Below, piece by piece: positions 30,373 through 40,615 of a stretch of 64,000 nt of DNA. The DNA is taken from assembly GCA_014896355.1 (NCBI GenBank), contig JADBKO010000020.1, forward strand, positions 21,852 to 85,851. Reading direction: 5' to 3'. The notes under the pieces were generated by a model that did not search any database, was not told where the DNA came from, and was given only the letters and a program-made list of their open reading frames with translations. This DNA is from Bacillota bacterium (GTDB lineage: Bacteria > Bacillota > UBA5301 > Bu52). Both the position numbers and the translations under genes were made by a program. Position 1 is the stretch's first letter, and every line of letters begins with the position of its first letter.

Positions 30373-32580
30373 TTGGGCAAGACCCTGGTCATTGTAGAGT
30401 CGCCGGCGAAGGCCAAGACCATCTCCAAGTTCTTGGGCCGGCAGTACACGGTTAAAGCGTCCGTGGGACATGTGCGGGACCTGCCGCGCAGCCAGTTCGG
30501 CGTCGATATCGCCCATGGTTTCGCCCCGAAATATATCAATATCCGTGGCAAGGGTGAAGTGATCAAGGAGCTGCGTGCTGCTGCCAATAGCGCCTCCCAA
30601 GTTCTGCTGGCCACGGACCCCGACCGGGAAGGCGAGGCCATATCCTGGCATCTGGGGCAAGTCCTGGGGCTGAGCCTGCAGAAGCCCTGCCGCATCGAGT
30701 TCCACGAGATCACCCGTAACGCCATTCAACAGGCCCTCAAGAACCCCCGAATGATCGATATGCGCCTGGTGGATGCCCAGCAAGGCCGGCGGGTGCTGGA
30801 TCGGCTGGTGGGGTACCAGCTGAGCCCTCTGCTGTGGCGCAAGATCCGCAGGGGCCTCAGCGCCGGCCGGGTGCAATCTGTTGCGTTGCGCCTCATCGTG
30901 GACCGGGAAAGAGAAGTCCGGGCCTTCGTTCCCCAGGAATACTGGACTATCACGGCCCATCTTCATCCACAAGCCGACCCGGGGGCCGTATTCGCAGCGC
31001 GCCTGCTGGAAAAAAGCGGCAGCCGCGTGGAGATCCCCACCCAGGCCGTGGCCGACCAGATGGTGGCCGAGCTGGAAAAGGCTTCGTTTGTCGTCCAAGA
31101 CGTGATCTGCAAAGAGAAACGGCGTTACGCCGCGCCGCCCTTCACCACCAGCAGCCTGCAGCAGGAGGCCGCCCGCAAGCTGGGCTTTACGGCCCGCAAG
31201 ACCATGCAGATTGCCCAGCAGCTCTATGAGGGGTTGGAGGTGGGCTCCGAGGGACCCGTAGGATTGGTGACCTACATCCGCACCGATGCGGTACGGGTGG
31301 CGCCGGAGGCGGAGGCCATGGCCCGCCAGTTCATTGCCGGGCAGTGGGGAACAGAATACGTTCCGCCCCGGCCGCCGCAATACAAGGCCCGCGCTTCAGC
31401 CCAACAGGCCCACGAGGCTATTCGGCCCACATCGGTGGAGCGGACTCCGGATTCGTTGGCCCCCTATTTGAGAAGAGACCAGCTGCGTCTGTATAAGCTG
31501 ATCTGGGACCGTTTCCTGGCCAGCCAGATGGCTCCGGCGATTCTGGATACCATCCGGGCAGACATTGTGGCAGGATCTTATCTTCTGCGTGCCACCGGGT
31601 CCCAGGTGAAGTTCCCTGGCTTCCTGCGCCTGTATGAGGAGGGAAAGGACGAGGCGGCCCGGCGCCAGTCCGGCGCAGGATCGGAGCCGGAGAGCGAGGA
31701 GGGCGGCGCTTCTGCCGAAGGGTGGCTGCCTCCTTTGGAGAAGGGGCAGACACTGGGTTTGAAGCGGTTGGAGCCGGAGCAGCACTTCACCGAACCGCCC
31801 CCGCGCTATACAGAAGCCTCGCTGGTCAAAACCCTGGAGGAGCTTGGGATCGGCCGCCCCAGCACCTACGCGGCCATCATTGACACCTTGCGGGAGCGGG
31901 AGTACGTCCAGATGGTGGAACGGCATTTCCAGCCCACCGAGTTGGGCATAGTGGTCACAGACCTGCTGCGCAAGCATTTTCCGGCCATCGTGGATGTGGA
32001 GTTCACAGCTCGCATGGAGGAGCGCCTGGACCAGGTGGAAGAAGGTCTGATCCCCTGGCAGACTGTGGTACAGGAGTTTTATAGCCCCTTTTCTGAGATG
32101 CTGGCCAAAGCAGACAAAGAGATTGAGAGAGTTCAGGTCCAGGCAGAGCCCGCAGGGGAAACCTGTGAGCTCTGTGGCCGGCCCATGGTGGTCAGACGCG
32201 GGCGTTTCGGCCCGTTTGTGGCCTGCTCTGGCTATCCAGAATGTAAGAATACCCATCCGCTGCGTAAGCGGACCGGCGTCCGTTGCCCCGAATGTGGCGG
32301 GGAGATCGTCCAGCGCCGCAGTAAGAAAGGGCGGGTTTTCTACGGATGTGAGAAGTATCCATCCTGCCGCTTTGTCACATGGTACGAGCCGGTGGCCAAG
32401 GCCTGCCCCCGTTGCGGGAAATTCCTGGTCCGGCGCAGGCGGGGAAAGCAGACGATTCTAGCCTGCGTCGATGAGCAATGCGGATACACCGAGGAGGCGG
32501 CGCTTCCGGACGAGGCTTCCCAGGGGGAACAGGGGGGCCAGGAGGAGTTGAAGACCGTATCGCATGGGATTCACCACTGA
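30373..32580 (+). CDS. topA: DNA topoisomerase I
   Basis: MGKTLVIVESPAKAKTISKFLG... is the TOPRIM start. Full catalytic core, then C-terminal Cys4 zinc ribbons (CELCGRP...CSGYPEC; CPECGG...CEKYPSC; CPRCG...C..EQCG). TTG start. Confidence 0.95.
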   Translation: MGKTLVIVESPAKAKTISKFLGRQYTVKASVGHVRDLPRSQFGVDIAHGFAPKYINIRGKGEVIKELRAAANSASQVLLATDPDREGEAISWHLGQVLGLSLQKPCRIEFHEITRNAIQQALKNPRMIDMRLVDAQQGRRVLDRLVGYQLSPLLWRKIRRGLSAGRVQSVALRLIVDREREVRAFVPQEYWTITAHLHPQADPGAVFAARLLEKSGSRVEIPTQAVADQMVAELEKASFVVQDVICKEKRRYAAPPFTTSSLQQEAARKLGFTARKTMQIAQQLYEGLEVGSEGPVGLVTYIRTDAVRVAPEAEAMARQFIAGQWGTEYVPPRPPQYKARASAQQAHEAIRPTSVERTPDSLAPYLRRDQLRLYKLIWDRFLASQMAPAILDTIRADIVAGSYLLRATGSQVKFPGFLRLYEEGKDEAARRQSGAGSEPESEEGGASAEGWLPPLEKGQTLGLKRLEPEQHFTEPPPRYTEASLVKTLEELGIGRPSTYAAIIDTLREREYVQMVERHFQPTELGIVVTDLLRKHFPAIVDVEFTARMEERLDQVEEGLIPWQTVVQEFYSPFSEMLAKADKEIERVQVQAEPAGETCELCGRPMVVRRGRFGPFVACSGYPECKNTHPLRKRTGVRCPECGGEIVQRRSKKGRVFYGCEKYPSCRFVTWYEPVAKACPRCGKFLVRRRRGKQTILACVDEQCGYTEEAALPDEASQGEQGGQEELKTVSHGIHH

Positions 32581-33922
32581 TCTTCAGGGAACGAGCGGCC
32601 CGGGGGAAACCAACGGTCGCGTAGTGGTCATCGGTGCCGGGTTGGCTGGGTCGGAGGCGGCTTGGCAGGCAGCGCAGGCCGGTACCTGGGTGGAACTCTG
32701 GGAGATGCGCCCGCAAGTGATGACTCCTGCGCATCAGACGGGAGACTGTGCAGAACTGGTCTGCAGTAATTCGCTGCACTCCAACCGGCTGGAGTCGGCC
32801 TCTGGCCTGCTGAAAGAGGAGCTACGGCGCCTGGATTCGGTGATTCTGGCCGCAGCCGATGCCCACGCCGTCCCGGCCGGCCAGGCCCTGGCAGTGGAAC
32901 GACGGGTCTTTGCGCAGGACGTTACAGCCCGGCTCCAGGCCCATCCACGCATTCGAATGGTACGCCGGGAGCGGCAAGCCTTATGGCCCTTGGATGCCGT
33001 GACGGTGGTGGCCACGGGGCCCTTGACCTCGCCGGCCTTGGCTAAGGACATTGCGGCGTTCGTCGGCACCGACTTCCTTTATTTCTATGACGCCGCGGCG
33101 CCCATCGTGACGGCGGAGAGCATCGACTACTCCCGGGCCTTTTGGGGCTCCCGCTACCAGCGGGGACAGGCGGACTACCTGAACTGCCCGCTCTCCGAGG
33201 AGGAATATCGTGTTTTCTGGCAGGCTCTGGTGGAGGCCGAACAGGCGCCCCTAGAAGCTGCCGACGCAGAGATGCACTATTTCGAAGGCTGCTTGCCTGT
33301 GGAGGTCATGGCCCGGCGGGGTCCGGAGACCCTGGCCTACGGGCCCCTGAAACCCGTGGGACTGCGGGACCCACGCACAGGGAAAAGGCCGTACGCCGTG
33401 GTGCAGTTGCGCCGGGAGGACCGGGAAGGCCGTCTTTTCAACCTCGTGGGCTTTCAGACCCGCCTCAAGTGGGGCGAGCAGGAGCGGGTCTTTCGGATGA
33501 TTCCGGCTCTGGCAAACGCGGAATTCGTGCGTTTCGGGGTCATGCACCGTAATACGTTTCTCAATGCGCCGCAGGTGTTGTTGCCTACCTACCAGAGCCG
33601 CCGCGAGCCGCGGCTTTTTTTTGCGGGCCAGATGACCGGGGTGGAAGGCTACATTGAGTCGTGTGCCAGCGGCCTGATTGCGGGCAGAAATGCCGCCCGC
33701 CTGGCCCAAGGACTAGAGCCCCTGGCTTTTCCCCGCGAGACGATGCTTGGGGCCATGGCCCGCTTCATCACCGAGGCGGATCCCGGGAATTTCCAGCCCA
33801 TGAACGCCACCTTGGCGCTCCTGCCCCCCCTGGAGCCGGCGGTCCGGGACAAGCGGCGCCGACACCAGCTGCTGGCAGAGCGGGCTTTGCAGGCCCTGGA
33901 GCGTTTCATACGCGGATTATAG
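32564..33922 (+). CDS. trmFO: methylenetetrahydrofolate--tRNA-(uracil-5-)-methyltransferase TrmFO (Gid)
   Basis: [21 protein letters not shown] is the FAD-binding GxGxxG motif. The GidA-like fold spans 452 aa. GGAGGAG site upstream. Confidence 0.9.
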   Translation: MGFTTDLQGTSGPGETNGRVVVIGAGLAGSEAAWQAAQAGTWVELWEMRPQVMTPAHQTGDCAELVCSNSLHSNRLESASGLLKEELRRLDSVILAAADAHAVPAGQALAVERRVFAQDVTARLQAHPRIRMVRRERQALWPLDAVTVVATGPLTSPALAKDIAAFVGTDFLYFYDAAAPIVTAESIDYSRAFWGSRYQRGQADYLNCPLSEEEYRVFWQALVEAEQAPLEAADAEMHYFEGCLPVEVMARRGPETLAYGPLKPVGLRDPRTGKRPYAVVQLRREDREGRLFNLVGFQTRLKWGEQERVFRMIPALANAEFVRFGVMHRNTFLNAPQVLLPTYQSRREPRLFFAGQMTGVEGYIESCASGLIAGRNAARLAQGLEPLAFPRETMLGAMARFITEADPGNFQPMNATLALLPPLEPAVRDKRRRHQLLAERALQALERFIRGL

Positions 33923-33935
33923 GGAGGCGAGGGTC

Positions 33936-34472
33936 TTGGTGCATGCCACTACAGTCATTGCCGTGCGCCGCGGTTCCCAGGCGGCCATGGCAGGCGACGG
34001 CCAAGTCACCCTGGGGGAGAACACCATCATCAAGCACACGGCGCGCAAGGTGCGACGGCTCTATCACGACCGGGTCTTGGCGGGATTCGCCGGGTCGGTG
34101 GCAGACGCGTTCACCTTGTTCGAAAAGTTCGAGGTACGCCTGGAGGAGTACCACGGGGATCTGGTCCGGGCGGCTGTGGAATTGGCCAAGGAGTGGCGGA
34201 CCGACCGGGTGCTGCGACGCCTGGAGGCCCAATTGCTGGTGATGGACGCCCGGTCGCTGCTGGTGATTTCCGGCAACGGCGACGTGCTGGAGCCGGACGA
34301 TCCGGTGATGGCCATCGGTTCCGGCGGGTCCTACGCTCTGGCTGCGGCTCGGGCTTTGTTGGCCCATTCCGATTTGACCGCCCGGGAGATCGCAGAGGAA
34401 GCCATGCGCATCGCAGCCTCTATTTGTGTCTATACGAATGACCACATCCTCGTGGAAGAGCTGAACGCTTGA
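33936..34472 (+). CDS. hslV: ATP-dependent protease subunit HslV (ClpQ)
   Basis: [42 protein letters not shown]...[17 protein letters not shown]... is HslV with Thr N-terminal nucleophile context. TTG start after an AGGGAGG site. Confidence 0.95.
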   Translation: MVHATTVIAVRRGSQAAMAGDGQVTLGENTIIKHTARKVRRLYHDRVLAGFAGSVADAFTLFEKFEVRLEEYHGDLVRAAVELAKEWRTDRVLRRLEAQLLVMDARSLLVISGNGDVLEPDDPVMAIGSGGSYALAAARALLAHSDLTAREIAEEAMRIAASICVYTNDHILVEELNA

Positions 34473-34489
34473 GCTGGGAGGGTTTGCTG

Positions 34490-35890
34490 TTGGACGAGCT
34501 GACGCCGCGCCAGATTGTGGCCGAACTGGACCGCTACATCGTGGGGCAGGAGCGCGCCAAACGGGCTGTGGCCATCGCCTTGCGCAATCGCTATCGCCGG
34601 CGGTTGCTGGAGCCGGGTCTGCGCGAAGAGGTCCTGCCCAAGAACATTTTGATGATCGGCCCCACCGGCGTAGGGAAGACGGAGATCGCCCGCCGCCTGG
34701 CGCGCTTGGCCAACGCGCCGTTCATCAAGGTGGAGGCCACCAAGTTCACCGAGGTGGGCTACGTAGGCCGGGATGTGGACTCCATCATCCGCGATCTGGT
34801 GGAAACCTCCATTCGGATGGTCAAGCAGGAGAAGATGGCCGCCGTAGCGGACCGCGCTGCCGGCCAGGCGGAAGAGCGGTTGTTGGATCTTTTGGTGCCG
34901 CCGCCGGCGACCGGACGGCCTGTCAATCCCTTCAGCGCGCTGTTCGGATTTGGGTCGGCCCGGCCGGAGGCACAGCCTGCCGACGAAGCGGGCGAGCGCA
35001 ACGCCCGTTACCAGCAGGAGCGGGAACACGTCCAGCAGCAGCTGAGCCAGGGGCTTTTGGAGAATGCCCCAGTGGAGATTGAAGTGGAAGACAGCTCCCC
35101 GCCCATGTTGGAAGTGTTCAGCAACGCCGGCGTGGAGGAGATGGGAATCAACGTTCAGGACCTTCTTGGGGGCCTGCTGCCTCGCAGGCGCAAACGGCGC
35201 AAGGTCACCGTGGCGGAAGCGCGTCCCATCCTCCAGCAGGAAGAAGCCCAGAAGCTCATCGACATGGACGCTGTGATCCGTGAGGCCGTCAGCCGGGCGG
35301 AGAACAGCGGCATTGTGTTTATCGACGAAATCGACAAAATCGCCGGCCGTGAAGCCGGCAGTGGGCCGGACGTGTCCCGGGAGGGCGTGCAGCGGGATAT
35401 TCTTCCCATCATCGAGGGCTCCACTGTCATGACCAAATACGGGCCTGTGAAGACCGATCACATCCTGTTCATCGCCGCCGGAGCCTTCCATGTGAGCAAG
35501 CCCTCGGACCTGATTCCGGAGCTTCAGGGGCGTCTGCCCATTCGGGTGGAGCTGGAGAGCCTGAACGAAGAGGACTTTTTCCGCATCCTGACAGAGCCCA
35601 CCAATTCCTTGGTGCGGCAGTACACTGCTCTGTTGGGTGCTGACGGGGTTAAGCTCACATTTACCCGGGACGGGTTGCGCGAGATCGCCCGGCTGGCAGT
35701 GGCCGTCAACGAGAGTACGGAAAACATCGGGGCCCGGCGGCTCCACACCCTCATGGAGCGTTTGCTGGAGGATGTGGCGTTTGCTGCGCCGGAGGCGGGG
35801 GGCCAGGAAGTCGTAGTGGACCAGGCCTATGTGGATGCACGGCTCGGGGAATTGGTGAAGGATCGGGACCACTCCCGTTATATTCTGTAA
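34490..35890 (+). CDS. hslU: ATP-dependent protease ATPase subunit HslU (ClpY)
   Basis: [37 protein letters not shown]...[19 protein letters not shown]... is HslU. TTG at 34490 lies 7 nt after a GGAGGG site. The TTG at 34469 is an alternative. Confidence 0.9.
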   Translation: MDELTPRQIVAELDRYIVGQERAKRAVAIALRNRYRRRLLEPGLREEVLPKNILMIGPTGVGKTEIARRLARLANAPFIKVEATKFTEVGYVGRDVDSIIRDLVETSIRMVKQEKMAAVADRAAGQAEERLLDLLVPPPATGRPVNPFSALFGFGSARPEAQPADEAGERNARYQQEREHVQQQLSQGLLENAPVEIEVEDSSPPMLEVFSNAGVEEMGINVQDLLGGLLPRRRKRRKVTVAEARPILQQEEAQKLIDMDAVIREAVSRAENSGIVFIDEIDKIAGREAGSGPDVSREGVQRDILPIIEGSTVMTKYGPVKTDHILFIAAGAFHVSKPSDLIPELQGRLPIRVELESLNEEDFFRILTEPTNSLVRQYTALLGADGVKLTFTRDGLREIARLAVAVNESTENIGARRLHTLMERLLEDVAFAAPEAGGQEVVVDQAYVDARLGELVKDRDHSRYIL

Positions 35891-36007
35891 GACCTCTCGG
35901 CAGCAGAAAGGTCTTGCCAAGGCCGCCCGTTTGGTGTAAGATTTTCTGGATTTTAAGACGTAATTCTGAACAGTTGGAACCGGGCTCGTTTGCAAGGGGG
36001 AGCGGGA

Positions 36008-36793
36008 ATGGGCGATCTTCTTGTCAAAACTCGCAGCATCAACCGCCTGATTCAAAACGCCGCCGGGAGAGCTGTGGACTATCACGAACTGGCCGGCATC
36101 CTTCGGGATGTGATCGGCGCCAACGTCTATGTGATCAACCGCAACGGCCAGGTCCTGGGCTATGCGCTGATGGATGGCTTCGACTGTGATGTCTTGAAGC
36201 GCTCGGTGTTGGAACCCAAGGCCTTCCCGGCGGATTACAACCAGAAGCTTCTGCGCATGGCAGAGACCTCACCGAACCTGATGCAGGAGAGGGGCCGCTG
36301 TGTGATCGTTTCCGGCAAAGACTGCCTGTACACCAACAAGGTCACGACCATCGTCCCCATCATCAGCGGCAACGAGCGCCTGGGTACCCTGATGCTGTCC
36401 AGGTTCAGCGAGCGCTTCTCCGATGACGACTTGGTGCTGGCTGAATACGGCGCCACGGTGGTGGGCATGGAGATTCTTCGCTCCAAGAGCGAGGAAGTGG
36501 AAGAAGAGGCCCGCCGAAAGGCTGCGGTCCAGGTAGCCATGGCCAGTCTGTCTTACTCCGAGCTGGAAGCCATCGAGCACATTTTTGCCGAACTGGACGG
36601 GGAAGAAGGCCTCTTGGTCGCATCCAAGGTGGCGGACCGGGTGGGGATCACCCGCTCCGTGATCGTCAACGCTCTGCGGAAATTCGAAAGCGCCGGGGTC
36701 ATCGAGAGCCGGTCGTTGGGGATGAAAGGGACATATATCCGGGTTCTCAATGAGTACCTGCTGCCGGAGCTGAAGAAAGTGGCGGCACGCTGA
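36008..36793 (+). CDS. codY: GTP-sensing transcriptional pleiotropic repressor CodY
   Basis: [16 protein letters not shown]... GAF domain ... C-terminal helix-turn-helix [44 protein letters not shown] is the CodY signature. AAGGGGG site upstream. Confidence 0.95.
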   Translation: MGDLLVKTRSINRLIQNAAGRAVDYHELAGILRDVIGANVYVINRNGQVLGYALMDGFDCDVLKRSVLEPKAFPADYNQKLLRMAETSPNLMQERGRCVIVSGKDCLYTNKVTTIVPIISGNERLGTLMLSRFSERFSDDDLVLAEYGATVVGMEILRSKSEEVEEEARRKAAVQVAMASLSYSELEAIEHIFAELDGEEGLLVASKVADRVGITRSVIVNALRKFESAGVIESRSLGMKGTYIRVLNEYLLPELKKVAAR

Positions 36794-36874
36794 GCAGCGC
36801 TGAATACGGGCCTGCTCCGGGCTCCGGCCGGGGCGGCACGGCGCTGTGGATCTCCGCGGCAGCCAAAACGAGCG

Positions 36875-36903
36875 GCGCCCGCCTCCCAGGCGGGCCTTTT
36901 TTG
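36875..36903 (+). terminator. rho-independent terminator after codY
   Basis: Stem GCCCGCC-tccca-GGCGGGC at 36877-36895, followed by CTTTTTTG. Confidence 0.6.
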
Positions 36904-37057
36904 TACCGCCCGGAGGGTGTTTCCTACGGGAGGAGACCGCCGCGCGGCGATCGTACTGCAGGAGGGCAGCTGGGTTCGGGGCAGATGTTTTTTTACCAAT
37001 CTGTGCCAGTTCTGGAAGGATTTCCACGTAATCTGTCGAAATACGTCAACTAGCAAA

Positions 37058-37200
37058 GGGCGCAAGTGACGAAAAGGCAAACCTGCCGAAAGGCAGGGGC
37101 GCAAAGCCACGGGCCTACAGCTCAAGAAATGAGCCATGGCAGCCGGGCCGCCGAAAGCTTACGCCGCCATGAAAAAGGCGGTACGTGTACCGCCTTTTTC
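37058..37200 (+). promoter_or_regulatory. c-di-GMP-I (GEMM) riboswitch aptamer plus intrinsic terminator, upstream of flgB
   Basis: GGCAAACCUGCCGAAAGGCAGGGGCGCAAAGCCACGGGCCUACAGCUCAAGAAAUGAGC... matches the GEMM-I consensus as in Vc2 (GGCAAACC..GAAAG..GGGACGCAAAGCC.CCGGCCUAAAC). It has a GAAA tetraloop hairpin (CUGCC-GAAA-GGCAG) and a second hairpin (GCUCA-AGAAA-UGAGC). It is followed by the terminator GGCGGUAC-gu-GUACCGCC + UUUUU at 37172-37200. An alternative GCCGCC/GGCGG pairing could act as an antiterminator. Confidence 0.7.
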
Positions 37201-37285
37201 ATTAAGTCTTCCATGGTGCTTCGGGGCCTGTCTGCGGCCTGGCCCGCGCCGGACTGCAAATTCTTCCTCGAGCGAGGTGGTTTAC

Positions 37286-37705
37286 TTGCTGGAGCGCATC
37301 TTGAACGGATACACGGACCAGTTGCTGGAACGGGCTCTGGATGCCGCCAGCCTGCGCCAGCGGGTTCTGGCGGACAATTTGGCCAATGTCGACACTCCCG
37401 GCTTTAAACGGAGCGATGTGGCGTTCGCCTCGCTGGTCAAGGCCCAGATGGCCAGCCAGGAAGAAGCGGGAACCCGTCTACAGCTGGTGCGGACAAATCC
37501 GCTCCATCTGCCGGCGCCGCCGCCTGCGCCCGCATTGCCGCGGCCTGTGGTGGTTCAGGACCTACAGACGGCGTACCGCCCGGATGGGAACAACGTGGAT
37601 ATCGATCGTGAAATGGCCTCGGAAGCAGAGAACGCCCTCCTTTATCAAGCCCTGGTGCAGCGGGTGAACGGGCGTCTCAGCCTTCTCGGAGAGGCCATGA
37701 AGTAA
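37286..37705 (+). CDS. flgB: flagellar basal-body rod protein FlgB
   Basis: ...LERALDAASLRQRVLADNLANVDTPGFKRSDV...NNVDIDREMASEAENALLYQALVQ... is FlgB. TTG at 37286 (the GTG at 37277 is an alternative) follows a GAGGTGG site. Confidence 0.85.
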   Translation: MLERILNGYTDQLLERALDAASLRQRVLADNLANVDTPGFKRSDVAFASLVKAQMASQEEAGTRLQLVRTNPLHLPAPPPAPALPRPVVVQDLQTAYRPDGNNVDIDREMASEAENALLYQALVQRVNGRLSLLGEAMK

Positions 37706-37800
37706 GGCGCAAGGGGAAGACGATGGTGGCGGACCGGCGGCTGCGGGTCGGGCCCGCTGCACGCCGGGATGAGGAGCAGAGCGCATGGGAGGAGACAGCC

Positions 37801-38289
37801 ATGTCCTTGTTACAGGCCATCGACATTGCCGCATCCGGCATGACGGCCCAGCGAACCAGGCTGGATGTGATTGCTGACAATCTGGCCAATGCCGATACCA
37901 CCCGTACCCCGGAGGGCGGCCCCTTCCGCCGGAAGATGGCGGTGTTCGTGAGCCGCGGCGACCGGCCAGCGCCCCTCCCGCCCTGGCAGGCGTGGCGTTT
38001 GTCTGTGCCGGGAGCCATGGCCGCTGCTTCCTTGCCGGCAGTGGAACCCTCCACCTTGGACGGGGTCCAGGTGGATCGGATCGTGGAGGATCCCCGACCG
38101 CCCCGGCTGGTGTATGATCCAGGCCATCCCGACGCCGACGCCAATGGATATGTGGCCTATCCCAACATCGACCCGGTTACGGAGATGGTGGACATGATCT
38201 CCGCTTCCCGGGCGTACGAGGCCAATGTTCAGGTGATCAACAATGCCAAGGCCATGGCGTTGAAGGCCCTGGAGATCGGACGCGGATAA
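37801..38289 (+). CDS. flgC: flagellar basal-body rod protein FlgC
   Basis: MSLLQAIDIAASGMTAQRTRLDVIADNLANADTTRTPEGGPFRRK...YPNIDPVTEMVDMISASRAYEANVQVINNAKAMALKALEIG is FlgC. GGGAGGA site upstream. Confidence 0.9.
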   Translation: MSLLQAIDIAASGMTAQRTRLDVIADNLANADTTRTPEGGPFRRKMAVFVSRGDRPAPLPPWQAWRLSVPGAMAAASLPAVEPSTLDGVQVDRIVEDPRPPRLVYDPGHPDADANGYVAYPNIDPVTEMVDMISASRAYEANVQVINNAKAMALKALEIGRG

Positions 38290-38507
38290 ACTGGGCCAGT
38301 AGCCTCCGGGGTTTCCCCGGATAGTTGGCACGGCTGTTTGCCTTGGCGCGCCAGTTCTCTGCAGGAGTTTCCGGGCAGTCCCAGATACCAGATCCATGAG
38401 TCTCCTGACGGCACGACGACCAGTTCCCGCCGGTGTATCTTGTCTCCTTATGTCTTGTTATGCGCGGAGGCTCTAGGAGCCGCCGCCTTGGAAAGGGGCA
38501 AATCACG

Positions 38508-38933
38508 ATGGCGCTGACCGTAGGCCTTCCTCCTTTGCCTGGGCAAGCCTTTTCCGTTTTCCTGCCTCCTGTCTTCAACGGCCCCGCCGCGCTGAATGGA
38601 GCAGGGCAGGGATCTCCGCCGGACGGGGCCGCACCTTTGCAGTCATTGGATGCGACCCGGCCGGCCGGGGTTTCGGGAGTTCCAGGAGCGCCGGGCGCCG
38701 CAGATCAAGCCGCAGGTCCGAGCTTCTCCGATGTTCTGCGTTCTGCCCTGCGGGAAGTGAATGATCTGCAGACGAAATCCGATGAGCTCACTCAGAAACT
38801 GGCTTTGGGTGACGCGGACATCCACACGGTCATGATTGCCGCCCAGAAGGCCGAGCTGGCGCTCCGCTTGACCATTAGTGTCCGGAACAAGGTGCTGGAG
38901 GCCTACCAGGAGATTATGCGGATGCCCTTGTAA
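38508..38933 (+). CDS. fliE: flagellar hook-basal body complex protein FliE
   Basis: ...FSDVLRSALREVNDLQTKSDELTQKLALGDADIHTVMIAAQKAELALRLTISVRNKVLEAYQEIMRMPL is the FliE C-terminal signature. Long Pro/Ala-rich N-terminal region. Confidence 0.85.
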   Translation: MALTVGLPPLPGQAFSVFLPPVFNGPAALNGAGQGSPPDGAAPLQSLDATRPAGVSGVPGAPGAADQAAGPSFSDVLRSALREVNDLQTKSDELTQKLALGDADIHTVMIAAQKAELALRLTISVRNKVLEAYQEIMRMPL

Positions 38934-38979
38934 CCCTTGTAACCCTACACGGATGTCGAAGGTTGCGGGGGGACGATGA

Positions 38980-40614
38980 GTGAACGGCTTTGTTGAGAGA
39001 CTCAAGCAACGATGGCAGGGTTTTTGGGGAGGGCTGCCCCCGCGGACGAGGCTCTGGTTCATCGCCGGCACAGCCTTTCTGGTTTTCGCCTTTTTATTGC
39101 TTACGGCCGCGTTGGGTGCCCACCGCGGTCCCGCCATGGTGCCGCTTTTCACGCAGCTGGACGCGCAGGACGCTGGCGCCATCGTGGCCAAGTTGAAAGA
39201 ACAAAAGGTCCCTTATGAGCTGGCCTCCGGCGGATCCACCATCCTGGTGCCGCAGGCGCAGGTGTATGACCTGCGGTTGAGCATGGCTTCCCAGGGCCTG
39301 CCCAGCCAAGGCGTGGTGGGGTTCGAGATCCTGGACAAGACGCCTCTGGGAGCCACAGATTTCGAGCGCCGCATGCGTTACAACTGGGCCTTGGAAGGAG
39401 AGCTCACCCGCACGATACGGCAGTTGGCTCAGGTGGAGGACGCCCGGGTTCATCTGGTGGTTCCGGAGCCCAGCGTGTTCATCCAGGATAAGCAGGTTCC
39501 CACGGCCTCCGTGCTTCTGAAGCTACGGCCCTATACGGAGCTGAAAGCCAGCGAGGTGGCGGGGATCGCTCATCTGGTGGCCAGCAGTGTGCCGGGGCTG
39601 CGGCCCGAGGATGTGACAGTGGTGGACCAGTACGGGAATGTCCTTTCGGACAAGCTCCACCAAGACGCCGGGTCGAACGACGGCAGCCCCACGGTGGCCC
39701 AGCGGTTCGCCTTGCAGCAAGCCCAGGACGACCGCCTCAGCCAGAATCTGCAGAGCATGCTGGAGCAAGTCTTCGGCCCCGGCCGGGTCGTGGCCAGGGT
39801 CCACGCAGACTACGACTTCGACGCCCAGACGAGCAGCGCCGAGCTGTACCAGCCGGCGCAGCCCGGAGGGAATACCGGCATCATCCGCTCGGAGCAACAG
39901 ACCAACGAGACTTATAGCGGGACAACGCAGCCAGGCGGCGGCGTGCCGGGTGTGGCCAGCAATGTCCCCGGCTACGTGGCGGCGCCCACGGGCCAGCCCA
40001 CGAATTCCACGTACAGCAAATCCGATGTGATTCGCAATTATGAGATCAGCAAACAGCAGATCCAGACTGTGTCCGCCCCTGGGAAGATCAAGCGCCTGTC
40101 CGTCAGCGTGTTCGTGAACGCCAGACTGGGACAGGCGGAAATGGCCCAGATTCAAAACGCTGTGGCTGCGGCAGTGGGATACGACAGCCAGCGCGGCGAC
40201 CAGCTCAGCGTGGTGAGCCTGCCGTTCGGACCGCCGCAGCCGGCGCGCCGTCCTGTGGCCTCGGCCAAGGCGAAAGTCCCCGGATGGTGGCCATGGGCCA
40301 TTGCGGCGGTCGTGTTGGTGGTGGGAGTCGTGGGGATCGTGCTGCAGCGGCGCCGGCAGGCAGCCCGCCGGGCGGCGGAGGAGCTGGCGGCGCAGCAGGC
40401 CCAGGCCAGGGCGGAGGCAGCCACGGAGGCCGAGGCGCAGAAGCCGCCCACGGCTGAGGCCGGCGCGCCGGGTCCCAGCCCGCAAGAGGTCGCCCTGGAC
40501 GCCGCCGAGAAGGAGAAGCAGCGTATGCTGCGGGAGATCGAGCGCTTGGCCCGGCAGCGGCCGGAGAGGTTCGCCCAGTTGCTGCGGGTATGGTTAACCC
40601 AGGAGGAGAAGTAG
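38980..40614 (+). CDS. fliF: flagellar M-ring protein FliF
   Basis: 544 aa. N-terminal transmembrane segment, YscJ/FliF domain (...KLKEQKVPYEL...ILVPQAQVYDLRL...) and C-terminal transmembrane segment. GTG start. Confidence 0.95.
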   Translation: MNGFVERLKQRWQGFWGGLPPRTRLWFIAGTAFLVFAFLLLTAALGAHRGPAMVPLFTQLDAQDAGAIVAKLKEQKVPYELASGGSTILVPQAQVYDLRLSMASQGLPSQGVVGFEILDKTPLGATDFERRMRYNWALEGELTRTIRQLAQVEDARVHLVVPEPSVFIQDKQVPTASVLLKLRPYTELKASEVAGIAHLVASSVPGLRPEDVTVVDQYGNVLSDKLHQDAGSNDGSPTVAQRFALQQAQDDRLSQNLQSMLEQVFGPGRVVARVHADYDFDAQTSSAELYQPAQPGGNTGIIRSEQQTNETYSGTTQPGGGVPGVASNVPGYVAAPTGQPTNSTYSKSDVIRNYEISKQQIQTVSAPGKIKRLSVSVFVNARLGQAEMAQIQNAVAAAVGYDSQRGDQLSVVSLPFGPPQPARRPVASAKAKVPGWWPWAIAAVVLVVGVVGIVLQRRRQAARRAAEELAAQQAQARAEAATEAEAQKPPTAEAGAPGPSPQEVALDAAEKEKQRMLREIERLARQRPERFAQLLRVWLTQEEK

Positions 40615-40615
40615 G

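Noticed and set aside
37066-37407. ORF of 113 aa (MTKRQTCRKAGAQSHGP...) in the codY-flgB spacer.
   Set aside because: It spans the GEMM riboswitch and its terminator and reads through into flgB out of frame. No ribosome-binding site, and the sequence is low complexity. The RNA element explains this DNA.
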